IMG/VR virus record: IMGVR_UViG_3300022751_000017
Span: 1-64,000 of that record
DNA: 64,000 nucleotides
Strand: one strand, 5' to 3'
Origin: a virus
The notes beneath the pieces are model-generated. The model was not told where the DNA came from, made no database searches, and saw nothing but the letters and a program-made list of their open reading frames with translations. Shown piece after piece: positions 27,669-36,902 of this stretch (its first letter is position 1; the number at the start of each line of letters is the position of its first letter). The translations under genes and the position numbers were made by a program.

Positions 27669-28096
27669 TTACCACCTTTACAAAAGCTTATCCACGCTCG
27701 ATATAAATAGATATGCCTAAATTATGGCGTAACTGTGTCTTTATGCGTGGATGGGTTGTGGTAAACCTAAGGGATGCACAGAGAACTACAGTTACGCCTT
27801 GTTTTTTTCAAACGGCTGCAAGGTAAATGTATTTTGCTAATGCTTTATGTTTAAATTTGCCGGTACACAACAAACCAGATAAACACATATGGATAGATAA
27901 AAAACTGCATTCCGAGAAGATTATTGCACCTTGAATTACCACAGTTTGAATTGCAAATTCCTTCCTTACACAAATGACTATGACGATGCGCCGCATGGCG
28001 TAGTTGTGTCTTTGTGTAAGAGGCCGTGGTAAGCCTAAGGTGCAAGGAATAACGACTACGCTATTTTATTTTATAACGGCCACCTTAAATTACCAC
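27669..28096 (+). ncRNA. duplicated structured RNA cassette (GTGGTAA loop with TTACCAC targets)
   Basis: stems 27726-27736/27788-27798 and 27998-28007/28052-28061, each with a U-rich tail; complementary sites at 27669, 27936 and 28090. Confidence 0.6.
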
Positions 28097-28098
28097 AA

Positions 28099-28752
28099 AT
28101 GAAGAAGCCACTAATTGCTATCCTGGCGCTGCTCAGCACTGGGGTAAAAGCGCAGGATATTGCGCCAAAGAATCACACCAAAAATCAACACGTATTTGAG
28201 ATATATGCAAATTACGGCATAGGGTTAAGTACATCCATGTCCGGGAATGCACTTTCTAATACTACAAATGAAAAATGGACAATTAAAGATGTTCCGTCCT
28301 ATTCTGGCGGAGCCTCCATTTACATCATAAAGAGGCTGAATGTCGGTATATCTGCGCGCTCGTCTGTGTGGAATACGACATCTAAGCTAAGCGACAATAT
28401 TACGGGTCCTACGGTATCTCCCAGGGTTACTACAGGCAAGACTTCGGTACTCTCTGTTTCTGCCTTTGCAAATTATAATCAGCCCATTGGTAAAGGTGTT
28501 ATCTATGTCGGAGGATCTGTTGGGTATGCCATTGCCAATGGTGACACGAAGCATCTTGCCAAAGGGAAAGGCCGCGATATGAATGGCCATATAGGCTATG
28601 CTCATCCTGTAGTAGGCCAAATATTATGGGTCACAGCTGAAGCCGGTATGTCCCAGGCAAAGATCACTCCCGATGGTCAGGTATTCTCGATAAAGCGAAT
28701 ATATTCTGTCACTAACTATCCGGTTTCTCTTGGATTAAAGGTCAGGATTTAA
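28099..28752 (+). CDS. outer-membrane beta-barrel protein (OmpA/OmpW-like)
   Basis: signal peptide ending VKA/Q, alternating amphipathic strands, C-terminal YPVSLGLKVRI. Confidence 0.75.
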   Translation: MKKPLIAILALLSTGVKAQDIAPKNHTKNQHVFEIYANYGIGLSTSMSGNALSNTTNEKWTIKDVPSYSGGASIYIIKRLNVGISARSSVWNTTSKLSDNITGPTVSPRVTTGKTSVLSVSAFANYNQPIGKGVIYVGGSVGYAIANGDTKHLAKGKGRDMNGHIGYAHPVVGQILWVTAEAGMSQAKITPDGQVFSIKRIYSVTNYPVSLGLKVRI

Positions 28753-28762
28753 AACGTATGGC

Positions 28763-29251
28763 ATGATAGTAAAGATTATTCCAGAGGATAAGTACAGCCT
28801 ATTTTATAAAAAGGAGACTTTAGCTGCTCATGTGGGCATTGGGATGATAGTAGCTGGGGGTGTGGTGCTTCCGTTATTAGGGACTACACCTGGTATGTTC
28901 AGAATGATGTATTTGGGCGCCGGGATATTTTCGGCAATATGGGTCCATGCAATAGCTGAAGATCAAAACAGAGAGCCCTTATGGCTTTCAATAGCGGCAT
29001 TCCTGTTCCCTGTATTTATGCTTATTGTGATGGGTTATTCCAGGAAAATGAATCTAGTGTTTTCTATTGATAATTCATATAGCGAAGAAGACAAGTATTA
29101 TTCATTGAAGGGCTACGCTGATAAATTTGTAGAAAAAGGAAAGGTTGAAGAGGCGGAGATTGTATACCGCTATATCATCAGCAACCTTTTACATGATGAG
29201 GAAGATGAAGTATTGTATAGTAAACTTTTAAATAAGCTTACGCATGTCTGA
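28763..29251 (+). CDS. membrane protein with TPR-like C-terminus
   Basis: 3 TM helices; GKVEEAEIVYRYII. Confidence 0.6.
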   Translation: MIVKIIPEDKYSLFYKKETLAAHVGIGMIVAGGVVLPLLGTTPGMFRMMYLGAGIFSAIWVHAIAEDQNREPLWLSIAAFLFPVFMLIVMGYSRKMNLVFSIDNSYSEEDKYYSLKGYADKFVEKGKVEEAEIVYRYIISNLLHDEEDEVLYSKLLNKLTHV

Positions 29252-29975
29252 ATATATAAGTCAACACGATAATAAAGCGTATAATCATTATGCTATTTTC
29301 GGAGTAATAACAATGGTTGTAACTCAATGCTATCTGAGTTACGTCACCTATCTACATGGAGGCATTAATGGGGTACTTGATGTGTTTTTATCTATATTCA
29401 GTGTTCTTGTTTTATGTGTCGGGATTGCATATATCGCTTTCTGGTCTTTAATAGTTGATAGATTCCCTAAAAAAGGTGATTTAAATCATCCCAAAATGAT
29501 AGTAATATTTGGATTTTATGCTTTTGTGTCAGCTATAGGGTATTTAGTCATGCTGTACTTTTGGAATGATGTTATAGAGGACATAAGCAATCCCATTTTT
29601 ATCTACACTATTTTTTCGTTGCTGATATTAGCAATTGAATGTTTTTTAGTACGCAGAAAATTGAATTCAAGAATTAAAGAAGTGCACAAAGAGTACATAG
29701 ATGTGTATTCTTATATTGAAGAAGAAATCGAAAATATAAAAGAAGACAAATTGAGTTACGGCTATGCCTTCCAGCGATTAGTGGATAAAAGATTCAAGAA
29801 GCATTATGAAGATTATGCAATGGAGCATTTGAGAGTTAATTACTGCATGTTGACTACGGATGAAAAAGTAAAGGATTTCGAAAAATTTTCGCAACAATTT
29901 GAGTTGTTACATCCTGTAGTCATAAAAAATATTATTTATTTTCCCACGTATGGGTATAGGAAAATAAAGGCATAA
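29244..29975 (+). CDS. 4-TM membrane protein
   Basis: hydrophobic N-terminal half, soluble C-terminus. Confidence 0.65.
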   Translation: MSEYISQHDNKAYNHYAIFGVITMVVTQCYLSYVTYLHGGINGVLDVFLSIFSVLVLCVGIAYIAFWSLIVDRFPKKGDLNHPKMIVIFGFYAFVSAIGYLVMLYFWNDVIEDISNPIFIYTIFSLLILAIECFLVRRKLNSRIKEVHKEYIDVYSYIEEEIENIKEDKLSYGYAFQRLVDKRFKKHYEDYAMEHLRVNYCMLTTDEKVKDFEKFSQQFELLHPVVIKNIIYFPTYGYRKIKA

Positions 29976-29995
29976 CATTCCATTATATTTGTAGA

Positions 29996-30496
29996 ATGAA
30001 ATTCGATAAAATACAGCGGCTATCAAATATTGATTTCATTACTCATTACAGTGAAATGTGGTGGTCATTATCATTATATCCTGCAGAATATAATCATTCT
30101 AAGGTAGGTGAAATATCTATAAAGATAACCAGGGGCGAAGTGACGAGAAAATATCATCCAGTCGACTATTTGAATTACATTATTGAATACTATACCCAAA
30201 AAATGGGTCAAACAACTAATTTGTATGATCAGCACGTAATGGCGATAACGCTTAGGGCTACCATATCAAATCAAATTGAAAGTTTTAAAGAATTATTGGT
30301 AGGCGCAGATGAGTCGACTGAAAAATATGATTTTTCAAGCCAGATGAATAAGGCTAACAATATAGCTGAGTTATCTAAAGGGAAAATAGATATAGCCGGA
30401 TACAGGCGAGAAAGATACAAGTTTTGGTATGGTGTTTTTACTGGCGCAGCAACTGCGTCCATAGGTTTGCTCACGCTCTATTTCAACACAAAATAA
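29996..30496 (+). CDS. hypothetical protein with C-terminal TM anchor
   Basis: 166 aa; FWYGVFTGAATASIGLLTLYF. Confidence 0.6.
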   Translation: MKFDKIQRLSNIDFITHYSEMWWSLSLYPAEYNHSKVGEISIKITRGEVTRKYHPVDYLNYIIEYYTQKMGQTTNLYDQHVMAITLRATISNQIESFKELLVGADESTEKYDFSSQMNKANNIAELSKGKIDIAGYRRERYKFWYGVFTGAATASIGLLTLYFNTK

Positions 30497-30658
30497 ACCG
30501 CAGTAATTATGATTACGCCAAGAAATCCAATAGTAAATCCTTTAATAAACTGTTTCATATTAGCCCAAAAGAATTAATTCCAGAATCCATGAGAAGATGG
30601 AGCGGTTATCGTGGAGTGAGTGCCGTAATTTTTACCGAAATAAGATTTGGTAACGACC

Positions 30659-30853
30659 TTATATCTGCCCCTTAATTTCTTCTGGGGTGAGTAATTTAGC
30701 TAAAAAAGTATCTTTCCCTAACGAAAATATTATAATTCTATCTTCTTCAGCTCTCCCAAAGTTGAAGTCAACCATGTGAGTTAGCCCTTTGGACTGTAGT
30801 CCCTTTGTTATAGATTTCATCTTACGCTGCCATCCTGTTTCTTTATCTTCCAT
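30659..30853 (-). CDS. small hypothetical protein
   Basis: 64-aa ORF reading inward from the right IR. Confidence 0.45.
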   Translation of the reverse strand: MEDKETGWQRKMKSITKGLQSKGLTHMVDFNFGRAEEDRIIIFSLGKDTFLAKLLTPEEIKGQI

Positions 30854-30879
30854 TGGTTAATGTGGGGGTTTGTGAAAAT

Positions 30880-30905
30880 TTAATTCCGCCAATGGGTTAA
30901 AATTA
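30880..30905 (-). repeat. right inverted repeat TTAATTCCGCCAATGGGTTAAAATTA
   Basis: exact reverse complement of 22700-22725. Confidence 0.92.
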
Positions 30906-30933
30906 GGTAATTTTATCTTGAAAATAAAAATTT

Positions 30934-33900
30934 ATGCCGTTTAAATTTACGCAGTCTTTTAATAAGGGAATGAATATGGATTTCAGTGAATTGCGCCTAC
31001 CACAAGATGCTGTGCAATTTATGAAAAACATGACTGCCAATGTAAACCAGAACACTGGGACTCCTGCCCAGTCTGGAGCAAATATGGATGTATTCTCTCC
31101 TCTGGAAGGGAATGCAGTGCTATCAGTAGCCTTACCTGGTGGGACTAACTATTGTGTGGGGTTCTATAGTAGTGAACAGACAAATGAGGGATATTTCTTT
31201 TTATGGAATAGCAACATGGACCATTCCATATGGGTAATAAGAGGAGATAGTGGACTCTGTGAATTGGTATATCATGGTAATTTGCTGCCGCTACAGCTGA
31301 ATCCACTATATTTTATAGCAGAAGGCAGGTGCACTCTGGAGCTCAGGTCTTATGTAGACCCGGTAACAGGGCTTGAAACAAATTTTAAGTTCCTGATATT
31401 CACTAACAATACTATTCAACAATACTATATATCAGTAGAAGATTCTATAAACACAGATTCATTCACTGCACCGACAGGATATTTCGCCGGCGCCGGCACG
31501 TTTTATGATCCAATTACCTTGATACATCTGGGTGTTCCTACGCCTATAAGTGACATAGGAATAATCAAGGTGCCAATATCAGGTGCTGATGTTGGATTGC
31601 AGAATCAAACAATCAATCAGGCATTTCAATTCAGAAATAAAACCGTAGACGTTTTTGGACGAGAAAGCGAGCATGGCATTATAAGTCAAGTGGCGATAGA
31701 TCGTGTATCTGGTGGATGCTATGGCAGCAGCAATGCGGAGTCAAGATGTTTTGATATTACGTTTGATGCCGGGAATCCATTGGTGGATACCATATCCATA
31801 GAATATAGGACATGGGCTGGCAATGATACGGCTGCAGCACTACAAACCGGGTGGATAAAGTACGCCACCATAAATAAGTGGATAAATTCTACTGGGCTGC
31901 AATGGTATGAGCGGTCTCCCAATACTGTATATTATAATCCAGTAACAAATCTGATTACTTATAGATTTTGTGCGGATCAGCAAAATATTCCCATACCAAC
32001 AGAAGAAACGGCGCGGACAGAGCCTGGATTACCGAGATTATCCAGTGGGGTATTCTCGGTAAATAAGCGAATAGGTTTAGCTAATAACGTAAGGAATTTT
32101 GAGCCTATTAGTCCGGTAGAGACTGACAAAATAAGTTACAGTGCTATTATCCCAGAAGCTCCTGATTGCGGGATATTACCTATGCGTAAAATAGTTGCTT
32201 ATGCCTACATGTACAATTTTGCTAATGTACAGGCTGGGTATATGCAATACGAATTAATAGATGGGGTCAAGACTTATATATGGGGTAACCAGCGAGGTCA
32301 ATGCGGTGATGACACTGGCAATGCGGTGAGATTAGATCAGGTTTTTGGCGATCAGGATAATCCTGGATTTATATTCTATCTGGCTGGAACCCAATACAAC
32401 TGTGTTACTCAGTGGGGCGGCTTATTGCCATCTGGTGTTTTTACTCCATCTCCCATAATGGATGGCACCGGGGCATTCAATAGGAATATTCTTGGAGAGC
32501 CGGTATGCCAAATAACGATAATGGCACCGCCTGGTAAGTATCTCCTGAGGGGCGCCTCTCACAAGGCTAAATTAACAGATCCGGACTATCAAAACACCTC
32601 TACGTATATAGGAGGAATAATAGAGGTTAATGATCTTTATTCAACAGGGGATCCTTCAAATTATTCTTTCAATCCGATAAAGGAAATAGAAATAGATTGT
32701 ACATCAGGCGATGTTTATTTTAGAAATCCTACAGATCCAGCATTTCTGATTATTGACAATAGCTTTGGTGATACATGTATGGTAGATGGATATTTGTGTG
32801 AACAGACTGGGGAGGGTGTTCCTGTAGAGATGAACCCGATTAACTTCTCATCATACCCAGATAATGCGATGCCATGCTATGGAAGTTGGTTTACCGACCA
32901 TAATGGGTTCTTCTTTGGTGGGTGTCCTACGCAGGGTGTATATTTAGTAATAGCCTCTGATATATGTACGGGAACTTATGCTGTAGGAACCATTCTCAAC
33001 AGCGGGATTGATGGAACATTTAAAGGCATATTGCATGGGGATGGTTCTGGAGACGGCAGCTACTGTACCGAATTAAGAAGTGGCAATTGGAAAAATAAGG
33101 TTTATATATCACGTTCCGGCAATGTATTCCCAGCTAATGCGCGTCGTAAAATAACTCAGCAAATAAACTTGTGTGGTGCTGAAGGAGGGGTATCCAATGT
33201 GCCTGTAGTGATGACTAAGGGTGCTATATCATTTACGGACAGTGAAGGGATAGCAACAGTTATTGCGCATAACCGGACTAACTATGCAGCTGTGCCCTGG
33301 AATACATTGACATATCTCAACCCTATAGGTGTGCCAATATTCACAATAAATATACCGAATTACGGAGTGTCGCCATATGCAGATGATAAATTGATAGTGA
33401 CGCAACGGGGATATTGTCGGTGGACCAATTGCGGTGGCTGCGTACCTGCGGTCCCTGATCAGAATATAATATATCAGCCATGCGGTGGCTCAAGAGATAC
33501 TACACTTTCTGATGTCACCATATCTCTTGAAAATATAAATGTTCAAGGGGTGCAGACTGGTGGTAAGTATGCGATGTGTTATTGGCTGGTTGATAATATT
33601 GGCCGGCGCACATTTTCTCAGGTGAGGCAAGGGGAGTCTGGATTTGTCAGCATGCCTAGTTTGAATGATATAGGATATTATAGGCTGCCCCAGATTGGAT
33701 ATACTATAGACCCGTCATTTACAGTGCCGTCCATTTTTAAGAAATTAATATTCGGGGTATCTGCTAATACTAATTTCACAGACTTCTTTTCGTGGTCTAT
33801 TGATTACGTGCAGCAGGTTGATAACACAGGCAATACCAATACGGTCAATCCCACACAGACTAGGATATACTACGGCAGCCTTAATGAGTATAATAAGCAA

Positions 33901-35784
33901 AATAATCTGACGATAAATTGTAACTGGCAATTCATAGCAACTGGTCAAAATGCGCAGGGGCAGCCAGTAATAGGGGATGTTGTACAGTTCATTGCTAAAG
34001 CGGATGGGACATTCTTTCCCCCAGGTCTATTTGCTACCGTAACAAATGATCAGGCTGGGTACTTCTTTACAATAGACTATCAGGCTGCATTATCTGACCT
34101 TACTAATGGTGCGTTGTTCCGTGTCATCCGTCCACAGGCCAATCAGAATAACTATATCTATTACGAACAATGTAAGGTTCTGGATATAGTGGATGGACGG
34201 ATACCTGCAGGTCAACTTACGGGCATAATACCGTATTCCGATAGCTACATGTTATCCAGAGTCTTGCCAGTGCCTATTTTGCAGGGTCAGCCAGGCGTAT
34301 TGGCCCCGGGCGCAACGCCACCAAATCCTATACAGTATACTAGTACCAATCAGAATGTTACACTTGATGAGGCTGGTTATTCTACTTTTAATCCAAACAG
34401 TAATGGTGTTTTGATTAAAAGTGTGAATGATGCACAGACTTCTTTCCCTTTCTATTTTGAGAGTCCATCACCATCTGATTTTTGGGGGAGTCATCTAGCA
34501 AACAGAGGGCGGATAGGGGTAGCTAACCCACAAGAGGCACAGCAGCGTATAGGCACAGAGGTAGCCTTATCAGCGGCACTCGGTGACCGCGGAACATTCA
34601 ATGGACTATCTTATTTTGACAGTGCCAATACCCAAGTATTTGACCGTAATACCTGGGGTAACATAACGGTGGTGCTGGTAGAGGTGGGAGTATGCCTTGT
34701 CATCTGCGATAGCGATCACTTCATGGTGCGCTATAATGCTACACAGCTTACTGTAGATGCTGATGGAAATGTAAATGCTAATAACCAGAATGGTATATTC
34801 ACTACTCCACAGCGTCCTCCCGGCACGCCTTTCGGTTGTACTATGGAGAACATAAATTCTATACGTAAGTACCTGGGCAAAGTGTATTGGATAGATGCTG
34901 ATGGACGCCTTATACTGAACAACTTCAGCACCTCCCATGACGTAAGCACATATGATGCAGAGAAGGGTATAATAGGGGGATACAATGGCTACCTTATGAA
35001 CAAAGTATCTGCTGTAAACCTACGTAATGCCAATCCTGGCGCAAATGGCGTTTACTACTTTGTAGGAGGTATAGACCCGCGCACGAACGAGTACTATCTT
35101 ACCACGTTTAACATACCATCCCTTGCAGTGCCCAGGTATATCAACATACAGCCAGCAATAGACCTGTACGGCCCGGAGACTATATATGTTGACCTTAATA
35201 CCGGTATGCTAAAGGGTATGGCATCATTTACACCGGAGATGTACGGCATGGTACCGGGTTATATCAGCGGCAGGAACTTCTTTACCTTCAGAAGAGGGCT
35301 ACCATACAAGCATCATCAAGGCAGCGCTACTACCACTCCGGCTAAGTACGCTAACTTCTACGGTATACAGTGCCCATGCTATGTCATTCCAGTAGCCAAT
35401 CCGGATAGTGAAAAAGTAAAACGCTATTTCTGGGTAGAGGTGTACACTAAGCAATCAATACCTGGTGCGCCAGGTCAAATGCCTACGGCTCTATTCTATT
35501 GTGAGCAAATAACCACAGAGAAAGGACAGATGTCACGACTTAAGCCGCTGCGCTGGGACATACGGGATGGATTCCAGACTGCAGAGTTGCTGTGCGACAT
35601 GAATACGCCTTTCGATCCAAATCTTCAGCCGCAAACTACAACCAATAAACTTACGGATGGTAATCCTCTCATAGGAAGATGGATGAAGTTGACACTTAAG
35701 ACAAATGATTTGTGGGCCGGCACCTATTTTGAAGTGAGTGCGTCAATAGTTGGCATGAATTATATAAAAATAAGTGGAGAATAG
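30934..35784 (+). CDS. large tail stabilisation/nozzle (muzzle-like) protein
   Basis: 1616 aa; N-terminal FNKGMNMD, C-terminal VGGIDPRTNEYY...SFTPEMY...GNPLIGRW as in crAss-like stabilisation proteins. Confidence 0.7.
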   Translation: MPFKFTQSFNKGMNMDFSELRLPQDAVQFMKNMTANVNQNTGTPAQSGANMDVFSPLEGNAVLSVALPGGTNYCVGFYSSEQTNEGYFFLWNSNMDHSIWVIRGDSGLCELVYHGNLLPLQLNPLYFIAEGRCTLELRSYVDPVTGLETNFKFLIFTNNTIQQYYISVEDSINTDSFTAPTGYFAGAGTFYDPITLIHLGVPTPISDIGIIKVPISGADVGLQNQTINQAFQFRNKTVDVFGRESEHGIISQVAIDRVSGGCYGSSNAESRCFDITFDAGNPLVDTISIEYRTWAGNDTAAALQTGWIKYATINKWINSTGLQWYERSPNTVYYNPVTNLITYRFCADQQNIPIPTEETARTEPGLPRLSSGVFSVNKRIGLANNVRNFEPISPVETDKISYSAIIPEAPDCGILPMRKIVAYAYMYNFANVQAGYMQYELIDGVKTYIWGNQRGQCGDDTGNAVRLDQVFGDQDNPGFIFYLAGTQYNCVTQWGGLLPSGVFTPSPIMDGTGAFNRNILGEPVCQITIMAPPGKYLLRGASHKAKLTDPDYQNTSTYIGGIIEVNDLYSTGDPSNYSFNPIKEIEIDCTSGDVYFRNPTDPAFLIIDNSFGDTCMVDGYLCEQTGEGVPVEMNPINFSSYPDNAMPCYGSWFTDHNGFFFGGCPTQGVYLVIASDICTGTYAVGTILNSGIDGTFKGILHGDGSGDGSYCTELRSGNWKNKVYISRSGNVFPANARRKITQQINLCGAEGGVSNVPVVMTKGAISFTDSEGIATVIAHNRTNYAAVPWNTLTYLNPIGVPIFTINIPNYGVSPYADDKLIVTQRGYCRWTNCGGCVPAVPDQNIIYQPCGGSRDTTLSDVTISLENINVQGVQTGGKYAMCYWLVDNIGRRTFSQVRQGESGFVSMPSLNDIGYYRLPQIGYTIDPSFTVPSIFKKLIFGVSANTNFTDFFSWSIDYVQQVDNTGNTNTVNPTQTRIYYGSLNEYNKQNNLTINCNWQFIATGQNAQGQPVIGDVVQFIAKADGTFFPPGLFATVTNDQAGYFFTIDYQAALSDLTNGALFRVIRPQANQNNYIYYEQCKVLDIVDGRIPAGQLTGIIPYSDSYMLSRVLPVPILQGQPGVLAPGATPPNPIQYTSTNQNVTLDEAGYSTFNPNSNGVLIKSVNDAQTSFPFYFESPSPSDFWGSHLANRGRIGVANPQEAQQRIGTEVALSAALGDRGTFNGLSYFDSANTQVFDRNTWGNITVVLVEVGVCLVICDSDHFMVRYNATQLTVDADGNVNANNQNGIFTTPQRPPGTPFGCTMENINSIRKYLGKVYWIDADGRLILNNFSTSHDVSTYDAEKGIIGGYNGYLMNKVSAVNLRNANPGANGVYYFVGGIDPRTNEYYLTTFNIPSLAVPRYINIQPAIDLYGPETIYVDLNTGMLKGMASFTPEMYGMVPGYISGRNFFTFRRGLPYKHHQGSATTTPAKYANFYGIQCPCYVIPVANPDSEKVKRYFWVEVYTKQSIPGAPGQMPTALFYCEQITTEKGQMSRLKPLRWDIRDGFQTAELLCDMNTPFDPNLQPQTTTNKLTDGNPLIGRWMKLTLKTNDLWAGTYFEVSASIVGMNYIKISGE

Positions 35785-35819
35785 TATATTTGCATTTCAT
35801 CTTTTAAACACACAACAAA

Positions 35820-36401
35820 ATGAACGAAACAGAAATTTATTTAAAATGCATTGAATTAGCATCTCAGCCAGTTCATGGCACATCTTACAACTACGATTCG
35901 CTATTAGAAATGGCAAATCGAATTCTTCCAGACACAAGTACCGAACTAGAAAAAATTGCATATGCCATGTTGGTATTTAGCAAGAATGGGAACGATATGC
36001 ATCAGTCTTACTCGAACAGTGACGGCAAAATTCCTCTCAATTCATTGAATTTCCCAATAATAAAAACGCTGCCACTTGATGATATTTTGCAGAAAGCAGA
36101 TTTGATTTTTGATGCGGTTAAGGCAAAAAGTGTGGCCCGGAATGCATCTATGCGGGAATCTCCCCCCATAGATAAATATGTATTGTTATTGCCAAATGAA
36201 GTGTCATTAATAGAGGACCTATGCAATCAAATAAATACTAAAATTGAATTTATTTGGTCAGAGCACTACCATTTAGATAGGACTAAGGATCATTTGAGTT
36301 GCCATTTCGTAAAGAATGGGGAAGCAATAGTTGTGTATAGTGGAGTGGATAAGTCTCAATTAATATCTGTAATAACTGGCATAAAGGAGCTTTTGTTTTA
36401 G
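35820..36401 (+). CDS. hypothetical moron-like protein
   Basis: 193 aa, own promoter, flanked by a 15-bp direct repeat. Confidence 0.65.
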   Translation: MNETEIYLKCIELASQPVHGTSYNYDSLLEMANRILPDTSTELEKIAYAMLVFSKNGNDMHQSYSNSDGKIPLNSLNFPIIKTLPLDDILQKADLIFDAVKAKSVARNASMRESPPIDKYVLLLPNEVSLIEDLCNQINTKIEFIWSEHYHLDRTKDHLSCHFVKNGEAIVVYSGVDKSQLISVITGIKELLF

Positions 36402-36588
36402 TATATTTGCATTAGTAGTGCGCCGCGATCTGGAGGTTCAAACCCTCATAATATGGATGGTATCTTGGAAGGGGATTCGGTAAGGTAGGATAGGATACTC
36501 AAAACTACAGACACTATAATTTAAAACTCAAACTAAAAAAAAGACGTTTGTGGGCGAGGTGCGTCTATAAAATAACCCGGCCCGTCAT

Positions 36589-36661
36589 GGGAATGTAGCT
36601 CAGATGGTAGAGCGCTTGATTGAAGGTCAAGGCGTCAGCGGTTCAAGTCCGTTCGTTCCCG
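36589..36661 (+). tRNA. tRNA-Phe(GAA)
   Basis: acceptor GGGAATG/CGTTCCC, D arm GCTC/GAGC, anticodon arm CTTGA-TTGAAGG-TCAAG, T arm AGCGG-TTCAAGT-CCGTT; CCA not encoded. Confidence 0.9.
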
Positions 36662-36796
36662 CAATTTTTAAGATCGTGCCGGTGTGTGAAAAGAACGCGC
36701 AGAGAGAAAATCACACCAAACAGTCTCTCCTTGTGAATCCCGAGAGTAGGATGCCTAAGTTTGAGGGCACAATAGAAAGGATTCTATCAAACAGGA

Positions 36797-36828
36797 AAAA
36801 GCCCCGCTAAATTAATAGCGGGGCTTTT
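36797..36828. terminator. bidirectional terminator between the tRNA unit and groEL
   Basis: AAAAGCCCCGCTA/TAGCGGGGCTTTT. Confidence 0.8.
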
Positions 36829-36902
36829 CTTATCAGGCCCATTGGGTAGGTCCACACAACAAAACCGAAACACTGGATGGCTTGACTGTGGACGAAGGTA
36901 TT

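Larger units (their letters stand above)
22700..30905. mobile_element. 8.2-kb cargo island bounded by IS982-like inverted repeats
   Basis: perfect 26-bp IR at 22700-22725 and 30880-30905; internal IS982 transposase; AT-rich, mixed-orientation cargo. Confidence 0.7.

Noticed and set aside
36433-36447. GAGG-TTCAAAC-CCTC, a T-arm-like hairpin suggesting a second tRNA
   Set aside because: No matching acceptor, D or anticodon arms could be built.
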